From NCBI RefSeq assembly GCF_028641065.1, contig NC_073403.1, positions 30,876,001-30,940,000 of the forward strand: DNA of 64,000 bases, read 5' to 3'. Shown in pieces: positions 11,230 through 24,032 of the stretch. Origin of the DNA: Leucoraja erinacea. Taxonomy: Eukaryota. The notes beneath the pieces were generated by a model. It was not told the origin of the DNA. It searched no databases and worked only from the letters and a program-made list of their open reading frames with translations. Position 1 is the stretch's first letter, and every line of letters begins with the position of its first letter. The position numbers and the translations under genes are program-made.

Positions 11230-14200
11230 CCTGGAAGAGAGAATGTGGGTGACCATGAAGAAGGGAATAAGACCATGAGTGCAGGTGACATCAGTGGCCA
11301 TCCCTCTTCATAAGAGGCACGCTCCCTTGGGTGATATTTGGTGGACAAGAGGGGGGAAGGGGAATGGGGAATGAAACCTCAAGGTAGTGTTCAGCAGGAC
11401 TGTGAAATCAGCCCTGTGACTTCAGGCAAAGCATTAGTGGTGGGCGACTCTATAGTTCGTGGTGAAGACTCTGCGGCAGCAGTCAAGACACCAGGATGAT
11501 GTGTTGCCTCCTTGGTGCCAGGTTGAAGTACATCTTGGAGTGACTGCATAGCATCCTCAAAGGTGGTTGGTGGAGTGTGAAGCAGCTGGAGGTCGTTGGC
11601 ACATATGACAGAGGTATGAAAAGGAAAGAGGTTCTGCAATGGGTGTATGGGGAATTGGGTAAAAGGCTAAAAGGCAGGAGCTCCGGGGTAATGATCTCTG
11701 GATTGCTTCCAGTACCTCGTGAGTGTAGGAACAGAAAGCTAATGTAGTTGTATGTATGGCTGAGGAGTTTGTGCAGGAGGCAGGAATTCAGATTCCTAGA
11801 CCATTAGGATTTCCTCCAGGGCAGAGGTGATCTGCACAAGAGTGAGGGGTTGCACCTTAACTCCAGAGGTTCCTATATCCTGCCAGGCGGGTTTACTAGT
11901 GTTACACAGCTGGGTTTAAACTAGATTGACAATGGGGTGCCTGTAGGGCAGAGGCAGATGAGTGGTTACAAGTTGGTATAGAAATGTGATGAGAGAAAGT
12001 TTAGTGGACAGAGTAGGCAAGAGAAAGACTTGGAGTGCGCAGATTCATGACAGATGCAGTTTAATGTGGATTAATGTGAGGTTATCCACTTTGGTAGCAA
12101 AAACAGGAAGACAGATTATTATCTAAATAGTGTCAAGTTGGGAATAGGGGAAGTACAACGGGATCGGGGGGTTCTTGTTCATCAGTCAATGAAAGTAAGC
12201 ATGCTGGTACAGCAGGCCTTGAAGAAAGCCAATGGCATGTTGGCCTACAGAACAAGTGGAGTTGAGTACAGGAGCAAAGAGGTCCTTCTGCAGTTGTATA
12301 GGGCCCTAGTGAGACTACACCTGGAGTATTGTGTGCAGTTTTGGTCCCCTAATTTGAGGAAGGACATTTGTGCTATTGAGGGTGTGCAGCGTAGATTCAC
12401 AAAGTTTAATTCTCGGGATGGCGTGACTGTCATATGCTGACAGGATGGAGCGGCTGGGCTTGTACACTCTGGAATTTAGAAGAATAAGAGGGGATCATTG
12501 AAATATGCAAGATTATTAAGGGTTTGGACACGATAGAGGCAGAAAACACGTTCCCGGTGTTGGGGGAGTCCAGAACCAGGGGCCACAGTTTAAAAATAAA
12601 GGGCAAGGCATTTGGAATGGAGATGAGGAAACACTTTTTCTCACAGAGATTTGTGAGTCTGTGGAATTCTCTGGAGGCCGGTTCTCTGGATACTTTCAAG
12701 AGAGAGCTTGATAAGGCTCTTAAAAATAGCAGTCAGGGGATATGGGGAGAAGGCAGGATCTGGGTACTGATTGTGGATGATCAGCCATGATCACATTGAA
12801 TGGCGATTCTGGCTCGAAGGGCCGAATGGTCTACTCCTGCACCTATTGTCCATTGAGTGAGGAAGGCTTTTTGGTTACAATTTGACATTTCTTATGCAGG
12901 AGGCCTGACAGGTAAGGTAGATGAGCTTTGGGCATGGATGTGTACATACAACTAGGACATTGTAGCTATTACGGAAACCTGGTTAAAAGTGGGGCAGGAC
13001 TGCCAACTCAATTTTCCATGTTACAGCTGCTTCAGGAGAGACAGAGGTGAGGGTAAAAGAGGAGGGGGTGTTGCATCATTGGTTAAGGAGGATGTCACGG
13101 CAGTGATCAGTGGTGGCATTACAGACAGTCTGTCTAGTGAGGCTATATGGACGGAGCAGAGGAAGAAGATAGGGATGATCCCCTTTTCTGGAGTGTACTA
13201 CAGGCCCCCAAATAGTTAATGGGAATTAGTAGAGCAAATATGTCAGGAGATGGCAGGCAGCTGCAAGTCTAATAATGTTGTCATAGTAAACGATTTTAAA
13301 TTTTCCACTATTGACTGGGAATGTCATAAAGTAAAACGTATAAACGGGGCAAAATTTGTCAAATGCCTTCAGAAAAGTTTCCTCCGGGAATATGTGTAAT
13401 AACTTTCTTCCCACACTAAAGATGTACAAGTTTACAGGTTAATTTGGCTTCGATAAAAATTGTAAATTGTCACTGGTGTGTAGGATGGTCTTCATATCCG
13501 GGGATTGTTGGTAAACGCGGACTCAGTGGACTGAAAGGCCGGCTTAGTTATGCGAAGTATCTCTAAACTAAACTAAATGTTCAAGGATGAGACTTTTTGG
13601 ACAACTGACCACTGTTTTATTAGGTTTAAGATAGTTATGGGTAAAGACAGGGTGGGCTCAAAAGTTAAATTTTTAAATTGGGGCAAGGCCAACTTTAAAG
13701 GTATCAGACCTCACTCCAGTTGATTGGAGCAGATTGATTGAAGGAAATGGACCATCAGGAAAATGGAATGTTTTAAAAGTGTGCCGACAAGAACTCAGGA
13801 CATACACATCCCTGTTAGTGAAGGGTAAGACGGTGAGTGTAAGGAAGCTTGAATGATGGGGAAATTGACTCTGGTCAAGAGCATGGAACCACACAGAAAT
13901 CAAGCAGTTAATTCTGTGGGGAGCCACCTGAGATGGTCAGGGTTCTCAATGAATATTTCTCTTCTGTTTTTAACATGAAGAAAGACATGAGGATGGCGGG
14001 ACTTTGGGGCAATCAATGGAAGTGGCTCGAGAGCAGTCAGTATTATGTTGTAGTGGCGCTGAAGGTCCTGACAGTATGAAGGTAGACAAATCCGAGCCTG
14101 ATCAGATATATCCGCGCTCAATTTGAGAAGATAGAGAGGAAATTGCAGGTGCCCTTGCTGAGATTTACATCTTCATTAAATACAGGTGGGGTGCCGGAAG

Positions 14201-14400
14201 GCCTGAAGCATCAAATGGTGTGCCTCTCTTCAAGAAAGGCTGCAGGGAAAGCTTGGTAACTACAGGCCTACATCTGTGGTCGGAATGTCGGAATGTCATT
14301 AGCGAGTATTGTAAGGTATAAGATATACATGAATTTTGGTGACCATGGCCGATTAGGGATATTCAGCATGGATTTGTACATGGGAGATCGTGTCTGGGCC
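11230..14400 (+). mobile_element. Degenerate CR1 LINE (ORF1 esterase remnant and endonuclease region) with a younger CR1 3' end nested at about 12046-12850
   Basis: VVGDSIVR esterase-like motif near 11437; endonuclease motifs (ITETW, RRDR..KRGGGVA, GVYYRPPNS); ORFs 12138-12440 and 12524-12790 encode the CR1 C-terminus. Confidence 0.75.
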
Positions 14401-14405
14401 CATTA

Positions 14406-14631
14406 TGCCCCTATCCTACTTAGGAAACATGAACGGAAACCTCTGGAGACTTTGCACCCCACCCAAGGTTTCCGTGCAGTTCCCGGAGGTTTTTGTCAGT
14501 CTCCCTACCGGCTTCCACTATCTGCAACCTCCGGCAACAACCTGCAACCTCCGGGAACCGCACGGAAACTTTGGGTGGGGCGCAAAGTCTCCAGAGGTTT
14601 CCGTTCAGGTTTCCTAAATGGGACAGAGGCA
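14406..14631. mobile_element. PIF/Harbinger MITE with about 85-bp inverted arms
   Basis: TGCCCCTATCCTACTTAGGAAAC...GTTTCCTAAATGGGACAGAGGCA, flanked by a TTA TSD (14403-14405 and 14632-14634). Confidence 0.85.
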
Positions 14632-14664
14632 TTACTGTTTGACATGATGGCATCTATATCTAAG

Positions 14665-14881
14665 ATTTGATAGATAGATAGATAGACTTTTATTGTCATT
14701 CAGACCGAAGTCTGTACGAAATTGCAGCAGTCATACATATAATACAGTACAATAAAACAACAATAAACACATATTATCATCCACCACAGTGAGTCCACCC
14801 AGCATCTCCTCACTGTGATGGAGGCAAAAGTCTTAGGTCTGCAGTCTCTTCCCTACTCTTCTCCCTCTGCGCTGGGGCGAT

Positions 14882-14916
<35 letters not shown>

Positions 14917-15385
14917 GTGAGTATGTTAAGAACAGTCCCGCGGCACAAACACCGTGGCCCGGGGTGGTTGAAGCTGCCGCCCACCAGTCCTGCAGACGCA
15001 GCCGCTGGCCCGCGGTCGAACCCCGGACTCAGGCCACCACCGCCAGAACACAGTCCCAGCCACCCTCACGTGGGTACTGCGCCGTCTTCAGCCTCGGGCT
15101 GGGCTGCCGCGACTTGGGCGCCGAACCTCCCTCGGGCTTCCAGCGCCACACCTTCCCGAGCTCGGCCGCTCCGACGGGAGCCTCGTTCCACCCTCGGGCT
15201 GGCCGCCCTCACGGGAGCGCTCCAACCTCTTCCAGCCCTGAGCCGGACCACCCTCACGGGAACGAGCTCAGGGCGAGTCCTGAAGGTGCTATGCCTCCGG
15301 AGCCTCGAGGTCGTCAGCTCCATTAGGCCTCAGCACAGACGGAGGCAGAGAAGGGGAATACGACAAAAAGGTCGTATTCCCCCGT
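14665..15385 (-). mobile_element. GC-rich non-autonomous repeat with a Rex1-like tail; related pieces at about 20020-20460 and 43765-43930
   Basis: Shares TTTATTGTCATTCAGACCGAAGTCTG...CATCCACCACAGTGAGTCCACC...GTGATGGAGGCAAAAGTCTTAGG with the 20020 copy. TGACAATAAA plus microsatellite tail on the - strand. Confidence 0.55.
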
Positions 15386-15952
15386 ATTTGGATGAGAACG
15401 TAGTTAGCACGTATGCAGGTGATACAAAAGTAGATGGTACTGGAGATAGTGAAGATGGTGGTGAAACATTGCAACAGGATCTTGATCAGTTGGACATGTG
15501 AGCCGAGGAAAAATGGATGGAATTTAATGCAGGGAACTCCCTTTCGGGAGTTCTAACATGGGCAGGACCTACACAGTGAACGGAGAGCTCTGGGGGCTGT
15601 TGTAATGCAGATGGATGCACGAGTGCAGGTACATTGTTCCTTGAACGCTGCGTTACAGGTAGACAGGGTGATCAACAAGGCATTTTGCACATTAGCCAAA
15701 CGTCAGATAATTGAATATTTAAGTTATGAGGTCATGCTGCAGTTACATAATTCACTCGTGGAATAGAGAGTGTTTCTCTGCATGCACTAACGGCGGCAGC
15801 ACAGATCCAGTCACTGTCACCTGAACCCTGAATATAAACGTGGGCCACAATCCGTGGACACAGCGCAGACCCTCGCTCTGCTCTATCAGTGTCCCAGGTG
15901 GACTGACCCACACGGTCCTGAGCCGGAGCGGGCGTGTCATTGAACTCTGATC

Positions 15953-16092
15953 GGGAAATTTCACTATCGCTGCTCGGGCACCTCCCGCTTTTGGATTCAC
16001 CGCGTCGGTGCGGAAACAATCACATTGACACATTCTTTACAACACACCTCCCGCCCACTTTCCGTTTCGGAATGGAATGCCGCACTTTAAAA
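15953..16092 (+). promoter_or_regulatory. IFN-B promoter: kB-like site, ISRE, TATA-like box
   Basis: GGGAAATTTC at 15953-15962; ACTTTCCGTTTC at 16057-16068 (ISRE/IRF-E consensus); TTTAAAA at about 16086, positioned like the paralogs' TATA-like boxes. Confidence 0.65.
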
Positions 16093-16204
16093 CCGGCAGC
16101 ATGACAGGTACAGCTGACAGAATCCACAGCCACCGGTCTCAGCAGCACAGGCGGCCGCTCCCGGATCACAAGCCGCTGCATTTCCATAGACCCTGCGTTG
16201 GAAG

Positions 16205-18734
16205 ATGGATTTGGGCAGTGTTTGCAGAGCTTGGATTGTGTGGGTGTTGTTGTCCGGGACCCTGAGCCTGGGTTGTGAGAGGCTGCAGTTACTGCAAGAT
16301 CTCAATATGGACACTCTGGGCAAACTGAATGAAATGGTGAGTTGTCCCCGCTCCCAGACACCGATCCGACACTCTCCGGCGATCTTTGATTTTTCATTTC
16401 CCTGGTCAGATACGGTGCAATAGTTTAAAGCTTTGACGGGTTCCCTGTCTGATATCCGCGACGCTTGCCTGTCAGTTACTGGATTCTCTAGAACATAATT
16501 TACCCTCTTCCCCCAGGGCGGCCCCTTTCCGTGGCATTGTGTCAGAGAGAAGGTCCCGTTGAAAACACAGCCCTTGAAACTGGTGAACCTTGCAAATGGG
16601 TTGTCGGTGAGTGATTGGATTTTTAATTCATTCATTCGCCTTATTTAGAACCTTCATCGACTAATAACGTGAATTACTTTTGGATCTGCAAACAATTGTA
16701 GAACTCCTTTCCCAAATCATATTATGATTGACGCAGACATGGTGGGACGAAGAGCCTCTTGCATTGCTGTACTGTTGATGTTCAATGTTCTGTGTAATAA
16801 ACAAGGAAGCAAAATGTGTGCCGGACTTCGATTCAATGAGGTTGTGTTACTAAAGCGAGGTAGCCCGGCTGTAATTGTGGACAGATTTTGATGCAGCAGA
16901 ACATTGAATATTAGGTGTCGATTTTATTTTTCGTACCCAACGAAAGAGAGAAATTCCTGGCATTTTGCACTTAGGTTCTTCAGTCTCTGTAGCCGCCTGA
17001 AGAAAGATCGCCGTTGGTCTGATAAGCCTAGTTTTGATTAATTCTGATAGATTTTGATGCCCACTGAATTTTAGAGTGGAAAATGGAGTGTGGTTCCACT
17101 TTTGGGATCATCTGGTTCTCACGGCTCAGTGTTTACAAAGATGTGATCGTCAATGAAGACTGAAATTAGGCATCTTATTTCCTCAGATGGTTGCATATCT
17201 CTGAATACATATTCTCCAGGCAGAGTCTTAGAATATCTTTTGCGCCTTCCTATTTTACTCACACTAACACTTTTAGTCTTTCTAACGCGATGGACATAAT
17301 CTTACTGTCCATTTCAAACGTTTAATTCCACTCTAATCGCCTGGGAATATCATACCTTTCGCCCGTTAACAATTTGGCGTTAACTCACGTCCTCAATTCA
17401 AATGTCATGAACATGACACGGTGCCAGTTAAGTGATATAATCCTGGAATTGTTAGAGCAAGATCCTTAACATTGAAGTGCAGATAAATTGCATGTTCCTT
17501 TCTGGATCATCCTTCCACCTTTATGGGACGTGCGAGTTATATTTCCACTTATTCCATCTCCTGGAATGTATCCAATATCTAAAACAGGCAGTTGCATTTA
17601 GGACCATATTTTTTATTTTATTTGCTTTTCTAATGTTCTTAATTGAATTCTAATAAAGCTAGATAAATATGTACTTTGAATACTGCAAAGCTTTTCAAAG
17701 AAATTCATCATATTCATCGTTGTGAACATCTCGAATACTTTCCAGTAATGTGACATTGTTTCTTCCTTTACTTCGTGTACAGTACGTCCAGAAGTTGATT
17801 TTTCTTTTCAACTGAAATCCTGTAAATGTTATTTTCCTATTAATGTACCTACACAAAATAAGTTGAACACCCTTCCTGTTATAAAGTTTGCGTGTTCATT
17901 GATTCTTTGAGGTTCTGGTTGTCTGACAGCAAGTCGCCACGATGTTTTTGCTCGTCTTTTATTATGAGGCTGAAGTACGGATGTCTCTAGTTATTCTGGG
18001 AAATATGACTGTTTTTACTGCTTCGCCAATATTTGTTGACTCTGCACCCAAAATACTTTTCATTATCTTCTAAACACCTAACATTGCTCGTTTGCTATCT
18101 CGCGTAAATATGCGTTCTCCGCCCTCTGGGTAAGATCCCATGTTAATTAAAACTAAATATCCCATGTTAATTAAAACGAAACCTCTCCCCGTTCATTGGT
18201 TTCAGGTTTCGTTGCCCCGTGTTCCTTTCCATAACTAACAGACCCCTATTACCGACAAGACCGCTCTAATGCCACCTTGTCTCCTCTCCGCAGGCTCTGA
18301 AGAAGATCCAGATTGTCCTTCAAACACTGAGGCAAACCAGCGAGATCTACAGCGAGGATACGGGCTCGGCCCCGTGGCCCCGCGAAGAGGTGGAAAGCTT
18401 CCGGCTTCTACTGCATCGGCAGATCAGAGAGCTGGAGGAATGCGCATGGAAACGGGCGCCGGAGTCTCAGCAAAAGAGAAACATTGCTGTTCACAAATAC
18501 TTTCGAAAACTGCGACGCTTTCGGAAACATCAGGTGAGTTGGTTATGCTTACAATCCGGTTTTATTTGCAGATATTCCATTTCACCCAAATTCAATCTGT
18601 CCCTTGCTTAATGTATTTTCCTGATTCCTTCCTTTTTCTAGAACTTTGGCGACTGTGCCTGGGAAATGATCCGCGCCGAGACAAGAGCCCATTTACAGCA
18701 GATCCTTCTCATAACGGCAAACATGAGGAGCTAA
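16205..18734 (+). CDS. Type I interferon gene B; join(16205..16336,16517..16606,18294..18533,18642..18734); 184 aa
   Basis: Exon 1: MDLGSVCRAWIVWVLLSGTLSLGCERLQLLQDLNMDTLGKLNEM. Exon 2: GGPFPWHCVREKVPLKTQPLKLVNLANGLS. Exon 3: ALKKIQIVLQTLRQTSEIYS...LEECAWK...KYFRKLRRFRKHQ. Exon 4: NFGDCAWEMIRAETRAHLQQILLITANMRS*. Splice sites are canonical and exon sizes match the paralogs. Confidence 0.92.
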
Positions 18735-19082
18735 AACTGAACATTTCCCCGGGCTGGGGCAGCACAAGAAGAGTCTCGGCCCGAAACCACAGCTATTCCT
18801 TTTCTCCAGACATGCTGCCTGACCCGCTGAGATACTCCAGCACTTTGTGTCTATCTACAGGGAAGGAAGAATTAACTGAACAATAATTTATTTGTAAACG
18901 TCTTCAACCGGGAGTTGGGAAAGTGGAAATTACGTCTGGATTACGTATTTCACTGCGTGTCGTTCGCGAGGTCGCTGAGCGGCTCTGGAACGCCGAGGTG
19001 ATGACTTGGTGATGGCGGCGCGGGTGGTGCAACGGACTAAATGCGTCAACGAGACAGCGTTAACTAGAAGACAAACAGCGAA

Positions 19083-19205
19083 GAAGGGTCTCGACCCGAA
19101 ACGTCGCCTATTTCCTTCGCTGCATAGATGCTGCCGCACCCGCTGAGTTTCACCAGCATTTTTGTCTACCTTCGATTTTCCAGCATCTGCATGCAGTTCC
19201 TTCTT
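19083..19205 (+). mobile_element. 5'-truncated Penelope-like 3' repeat in the IFN-B 3'UTR, with a 10-bp TSD
   Basis: AAACAGCGAA at 19073-19082 and 19206-19215. The body matches the PLE 3' ends at 26850-26950 and 56850-56976. Confidence 0.8.
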
Positions 19206-19284
19206 AAACAGCGAATACATACATTCAGCGGCTGGCCGTAATTTGTCAACGCGTATTCCTGTTTTAAAACGGTGGATTATATCG

Positions 19285-19532
19285 GTTTATTTATGTATTT
19301 ATCTTGGTTTATTTAACTTTTATCTATTTATTCATTCATTCATTCATGTCTGTGGTTTTATCTAAAATGTGCTGATTATTCAGCCCACGAAAGTTGCATT
19401 CCTTTGTTCAAATGCATGTAACTATATAAATTAATCTTGTAACATATTTATTTGTAGTTATTTATTAAGAGATGTAATTTTTTTTGCACTGGAATATTTT
19501 ACACGGAAAGATTCAAAATTACTATCAATAAA
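19285..19532 (+). promoter_or_regulatory. IFN-B 3'UTR AU-rich elements and poly(A) signal
   Basis: Clustered TTATTTAT motifs; AATAAA at 19527-19532. Confidence 0.6.
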
Positions 19533-20877
19533 TTGTTCAGAAACTCACATCTTTTCTGAACTGGTCTTATTATTGATGTCTGTGGATGTCAGTTGTTTGT
19601 AAATATATTTACGATTGCAAATGTTTTACATTCCTCTCCCTGTATTCTGTGGCTGGATCTCACTTACTTCCCCTGACGGAACAAAATAGACTGATAGACA
19701 ATAGGTGCAGGAGTAGGCCATTCGGCCATTCGAGCCAGCACCGCCTTTCATGGCTGATCAACCCCCATCAGTACCCCGTTCCTGCCTTCACCCCATAAAC
19801 CCTGATCCCGCTATCTTTAAGAGGCCTATCTAGCTCTCTCTTTAAAATATCCAGAGAACCGGCTTCCACCGCCCTATGAGGGAGAGAATTCCACAGACTC
19901 ACAAATCCCTGTGAGAAAAAGTGTTTCCTCGTCTCCGTTCTAAATGGCTTACCCCTTATTGTTAAACTGTGCCCCCTAGTTCTGGACTCCCCAACATCAG
20001 AGGTACAGGGTTACAGGGTTTCCTTTATTGTCATTCAGACCGAAGTCTGAACGAAATTTCGTGCCTACAGTCATACATACATACAATACAATAAAAAAAC
20101 AACAATAATAAACACATATTAACATCCACCACAGTGAGTCCACCTAGCACCTCCTCACTGTGATGGAGGCAAAAGTCTTAGGGTCTGCAGTCTCTTCTCT
20201 CCTCTTCTCCCTCTGCGCTGCGGCGATACCCCACCGGGCGATGTTAAAACAGTCCCGCGGCTCAATCACCGCGGCCCGGGGTGGTCGAAGCTGCCGTCCA
20301 CCAGTCCTGCTGCCGCAGCCGCTGGCTCGCGGCCGAACCCCGGACACAAGTCACCGCCGCCAGAACGCCGTCCCAGCCACCGGAGCACCGTTCCAGCCCC
20401 GAGCCGGATCGCCTTCACGTAAGTACCGTTCAGCCTCGCGCCAGGCCGCCCCGACATGGGCGCCGCTCCTCCCTTGTTTCACCCCCTTGTTTCATCACTC
20501 CCTTCCCTCCCAAACCGCCCTCTCACCACGTACTTCCCCCTGCAACTGGTCTGGAAATCTACTACTCCTCCATCTGCCGCTGCTTGGCTGGAAGACGTCA
20601 TGTTTTTTTTAAGGTTAGAAAATATTAAATTCACATTGAGGGGGTCTGTGAAAAAGTTTTATTTGAAATGTGAACCCTTTTTTTTAATCATACTTTGAGG
20701 GTCTAAAGGAACTACCTATTGACTGAGGGCACTTGACAGTAAGTGGGGATCCGCCTTTATTCTGTTTTGTTACTTTATTATTGTTAAAAACGTGCATTTG
20801 ATTTTGTGATATATTTGGATTGTGAAAAAATAAGCTGCCAAGGGGTGTTTAGGGAGGGTGGGTTAGGGTTATTTTGT

Positions 20878-20880
20878 TTA

Positions 20881-20950
<70 letters not shown>

Positions 20951-20951
20951 T
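20878..20951. repeat. (TTA)n microsatellite
   Basis: Direct reading. Confidence 0.95.
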
Positions 20952-21424
20952 ATAAAAAACAAAATGGAGGAAAAATGTAATGCCATACATCAGATCTACT
21001 GTGCATTTAAAAAAAAAATTCCCTCCAATAAAAAACTATTAATTAAAAAAAAAGAATAATGAAAGCCATATATAGAGTAGATGTCGAAAGGATGTTTCCA
21101 CTGTTTGGACAGTCTCTCGGACAAGAGGTCATAGCCTCAGAATTACAGGGCGCTCTTTTAGAAAGGAGGTGAGGAGGAACTTCGTTGGTCAGAGGGTGGA
21201 TAATCTGTGGAACTCATTGCCTCAGAGGGATGTGGAGGCCTGGTCAGTAGATATTTTTAAGGCAATATTTTTAACACATTCTTGATTAGAACGGCTGTCG
21301 AGAATTATGGAGAAGGTAAGAAAATGTGATTAGAGGGCCGAGATCAGCCATGATTGAATGGAGGAATAGACTCGATGGGCCGAATGGCTTAATTCTTCTC
21401 TCGCAATTTATGAAGAATTTACTA

Positions 21425-21929
21425 TAACCCGCATTAAATGTAGCTCCCAACGATGTACAGACACAATCACGTCCCCTCCCCACCCCGTCCCCTGCCGAGA
21501 CTGAGCCTCCCCCACAACACCTGCGACCCCCTGATGTGAACCTGCGAAGCTCTGAGCCGCAGCGCTGCTTGTTCTCTCCCATCGTGGATTTCCCCGTCGC
21601 TGCTGCGGGACTCTCCCACTTTCACATTCCTTACTTCAGAACGGAGACCGCTCTCTCCCGACACCTTCCAAACTTCCAGTGGAAACATTTCATTTTTCCA
21701 ACTTCACTGATCTTCGGATTGTAACATATTAAAGCGGGCAGCATGGCAGAGACAATTCACAAAATCCACAGCCACCGGTCTCGGCAGCACAAGCGGCCGC
21801 TCCCGAATCATAAGTCGCTGCATTTCCATATCAGCGACCAGGAACCGTTTTCGGAGCTGATTCTGGTCTCAAATCGGGTTGAATATGGCTTTGGACAGTG
21901 TTTGCAGAATTTGGGTGTTGCACATTTAA
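21425..21929 (+). pseudogene. Truncated type I IFN relic: promoter, 5'UTR and start of exon 1 only
   Basis: Near-identical to the gene A/C promoter (5947-6400). ATG at 21885 gives MALDSVCRIW VLHI*, after which homology stops. No matching downstream exons are seen, but an assembly gap follows at 22061. Confidence 0.75.
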
Positions 21930-22060
21930 CAAAACAACTCTCGTTGACCAGTGCTTGGTGGAGGTACACCAGTGGTTCATAGATTAAGTACAAACGTAAA
22001 TACATATATATAGCCCTCCCTCAGAGGACGTCAAGAAAGGCTTGAGAGTAAAGATGACTT

Positions 22061-22207
22061 NNNNNNNNNNNNNNNNNNNNNNNNNNNNNNNNNNNNNNNN
22101 NNNNNNNNNNNNNNNNNNNNNNNNNNNNNNNNNNNNNNNNNNNNNNNNNNNNNNNNNNNNNNNNNNNNNNNNNNNNNNNNNNNNNNNNNNNNNNNNNNNN
22201 NNNNNNN
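22061..22207. other. Assembly gap (others at 28540-28912, 39881-40076, 58042-58200)
   Basis: Runs of N. Confidence 1.
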
Positions 22208-23701
22208 GGGATGCTGTTCCACAGTCTCGGAGCTAACCGGCCTATAGATTCACCCCTTCTGCTTCGCTTCCTTTTTGTAGTGGGGTGATGATTTCCAATC
22301 TTCAGGAACTCTGGTATACTCTGAAGTATACAATCTTCAGTATACACACGCTGTCCATTCCTTCCACAGATGCTGCCTGTCCCGCTGAATTCCTCCAGCA
22401 CTTTGTGCCTTCCTCAATGTTCCAGCATCCGCAATTACTTGTGTCACCGTTTCCGTGACCTTCCCCGTGGAGACGCCGGAATCGCAGCTTTCCTCAGCAT
22501 TTCGCCGCTTTCCCCTCACCTCTCAGCGTGACCCGAGCTGATTACAAACGCAACCCGCTGGAGCAACTAGGCGGATCGGGCAAAGTCTGGAGGGGAATGG
22601 ACAGACAAACCTTTCTGCCGAGACCCTCTCTCTGCTCCAAACACTTCCTGACCCGCTCGGCTCCGCCCGTAAGTTAATGACGAAAATGCCAGCGTCTGCT
22701 GTCTCTTGTGCCGCATGTTCACAAACACGCCCACTCTGGGATGTGGTGTGACGTTTAAGCGTGTTTTTTTGGATAGGCACATGGAAGAGCAGGGAATAGG
22801 GGAACATAGATCGCGTACAGGGAGATGAGATCAATGTACCTTGGCACCATGTTCGGCACAAACATTGTGGGCGGCCGGTTCCTGCGCTGTATTGTTCTAT
22901 GTTTTGTAAGCAGTAGCAGTAGTGTCATGTGAGGCTGCTTCTGAGGAGAGTTTCATGATAGATAGAAAAAGGGACAATTTCCTCTTTTGCTCTACATATT
23001 GTACTCCAGCAAGGTTAGATTTAAGTGAATGGCGGTAAAACAAAGGTTTTCACAATATCTCAGTGCACGTGACAATAATAATCCAATACCGCTTTATCCC
23101 GTTTCCCTTCAGCCTCTCAGCGAGACCCGAGCGGTTCACAAACACGCCCACTGTCGGATGTGACGAGCCGGTCTCTTTCCCCGACTCACTTTCGCTTCGG
23201 CCGCTTTCCCTCGACAGACCGAGCCGGAGACTTCCCGCGGCGGCGAGAAGACAAGAAAGGGATCGGGACCGACCACACTCGGCTCGAAGCCTTTTAATTT
23301 CAAATAAAAGCAGAATGTCTGGTGTAAATAACAGAGAGGCAGAATCACTTTTTTTCTCCTCGGAGAGCAGAGTGTGGGCCCGGTGTGTCGGCGCTGAGAG
23401 AGTCGCCACCAACCAAGCGGCCGCGAGCCGTCTCTCCGCACTGTCCCCCTGAGATGTGGCTTCACCGCAGTTGGGTGAGTGGAGGGGCGGCTTTAACACA
23501 ATTTCTGTCCGTGTCTCCGAGGATGAGTCTGAAAGGCGCTGTGTTATTATAACCCGGATAAAATGTAGCCCCCGGCGATGCACAGACACAGTGACGTCCC
23601 CTCCCCACCCCGTCCCCTGCCGTGACTGAGCCTCCCCCTCTGTGACCCCCTCATGTGAACCTGCGAAGTCTGAGCCGCAGCGCTGCTTGTTCTCTCCCAT
23701 C

Positions 23702-23852
23702 GGGGATTCCCCCGTCGCTGCTGCGGGACTCTCCCACTTTCACATTCCTTACTTCAGAACGGAGACCGCTCTCTCCGAACACCTTGCAAATTTCCAGCGG
23801 AATCATTTCACTTTTCATACATCACCTATCTTCGGATTGTAACATATTAAAG
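23702..23852 (+). promoter_or_regulatory. IFN-C promoter: NF-kB and IRF motifs with TATA-like box
   Basis: GGGGATTCCC at 23702-23711; GGGACTCTCCCACTTTCACAT from 23725; TTTCACTTTTC; CATATTAAAG at about 23843-23852. Confidence 0.7.
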
Positions 23853-24032
23853 CGGGCAGCATGGCAGAGACAACTCGCAGAATCCACAGCCACCGGTCTC
23901 AGCAGCACAAGCGGCCGCTCTCGGATCACAAGTTGCTGCATTTCCATATCCAGAGTTTCAGTCAGCGATCAGGAACCGTTTTCGAAGCCGATTCTTGTCT
24001 CAGCTCGGAGCTTTACTCAGTGCACGTTGAAG

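Noticed and set aside
14815-15501. 228-aa Pro-rich ORF
   Set aside because: Antisense reading of a GC-rich repeat fused to a CR1 fragment.
18269-18886. 205-aa ORF spanning IFN-B exons 3-4
   Set aside because: An alternative frame that reads through an intron and into a repeat; not conserved in the paralogs.
23050-23700. 216-aa antisense ORF in the gene C promoter
   Set aside because: GC-rich promoter sequence with no recognisable domain; the frame is broken in the gene A copy.
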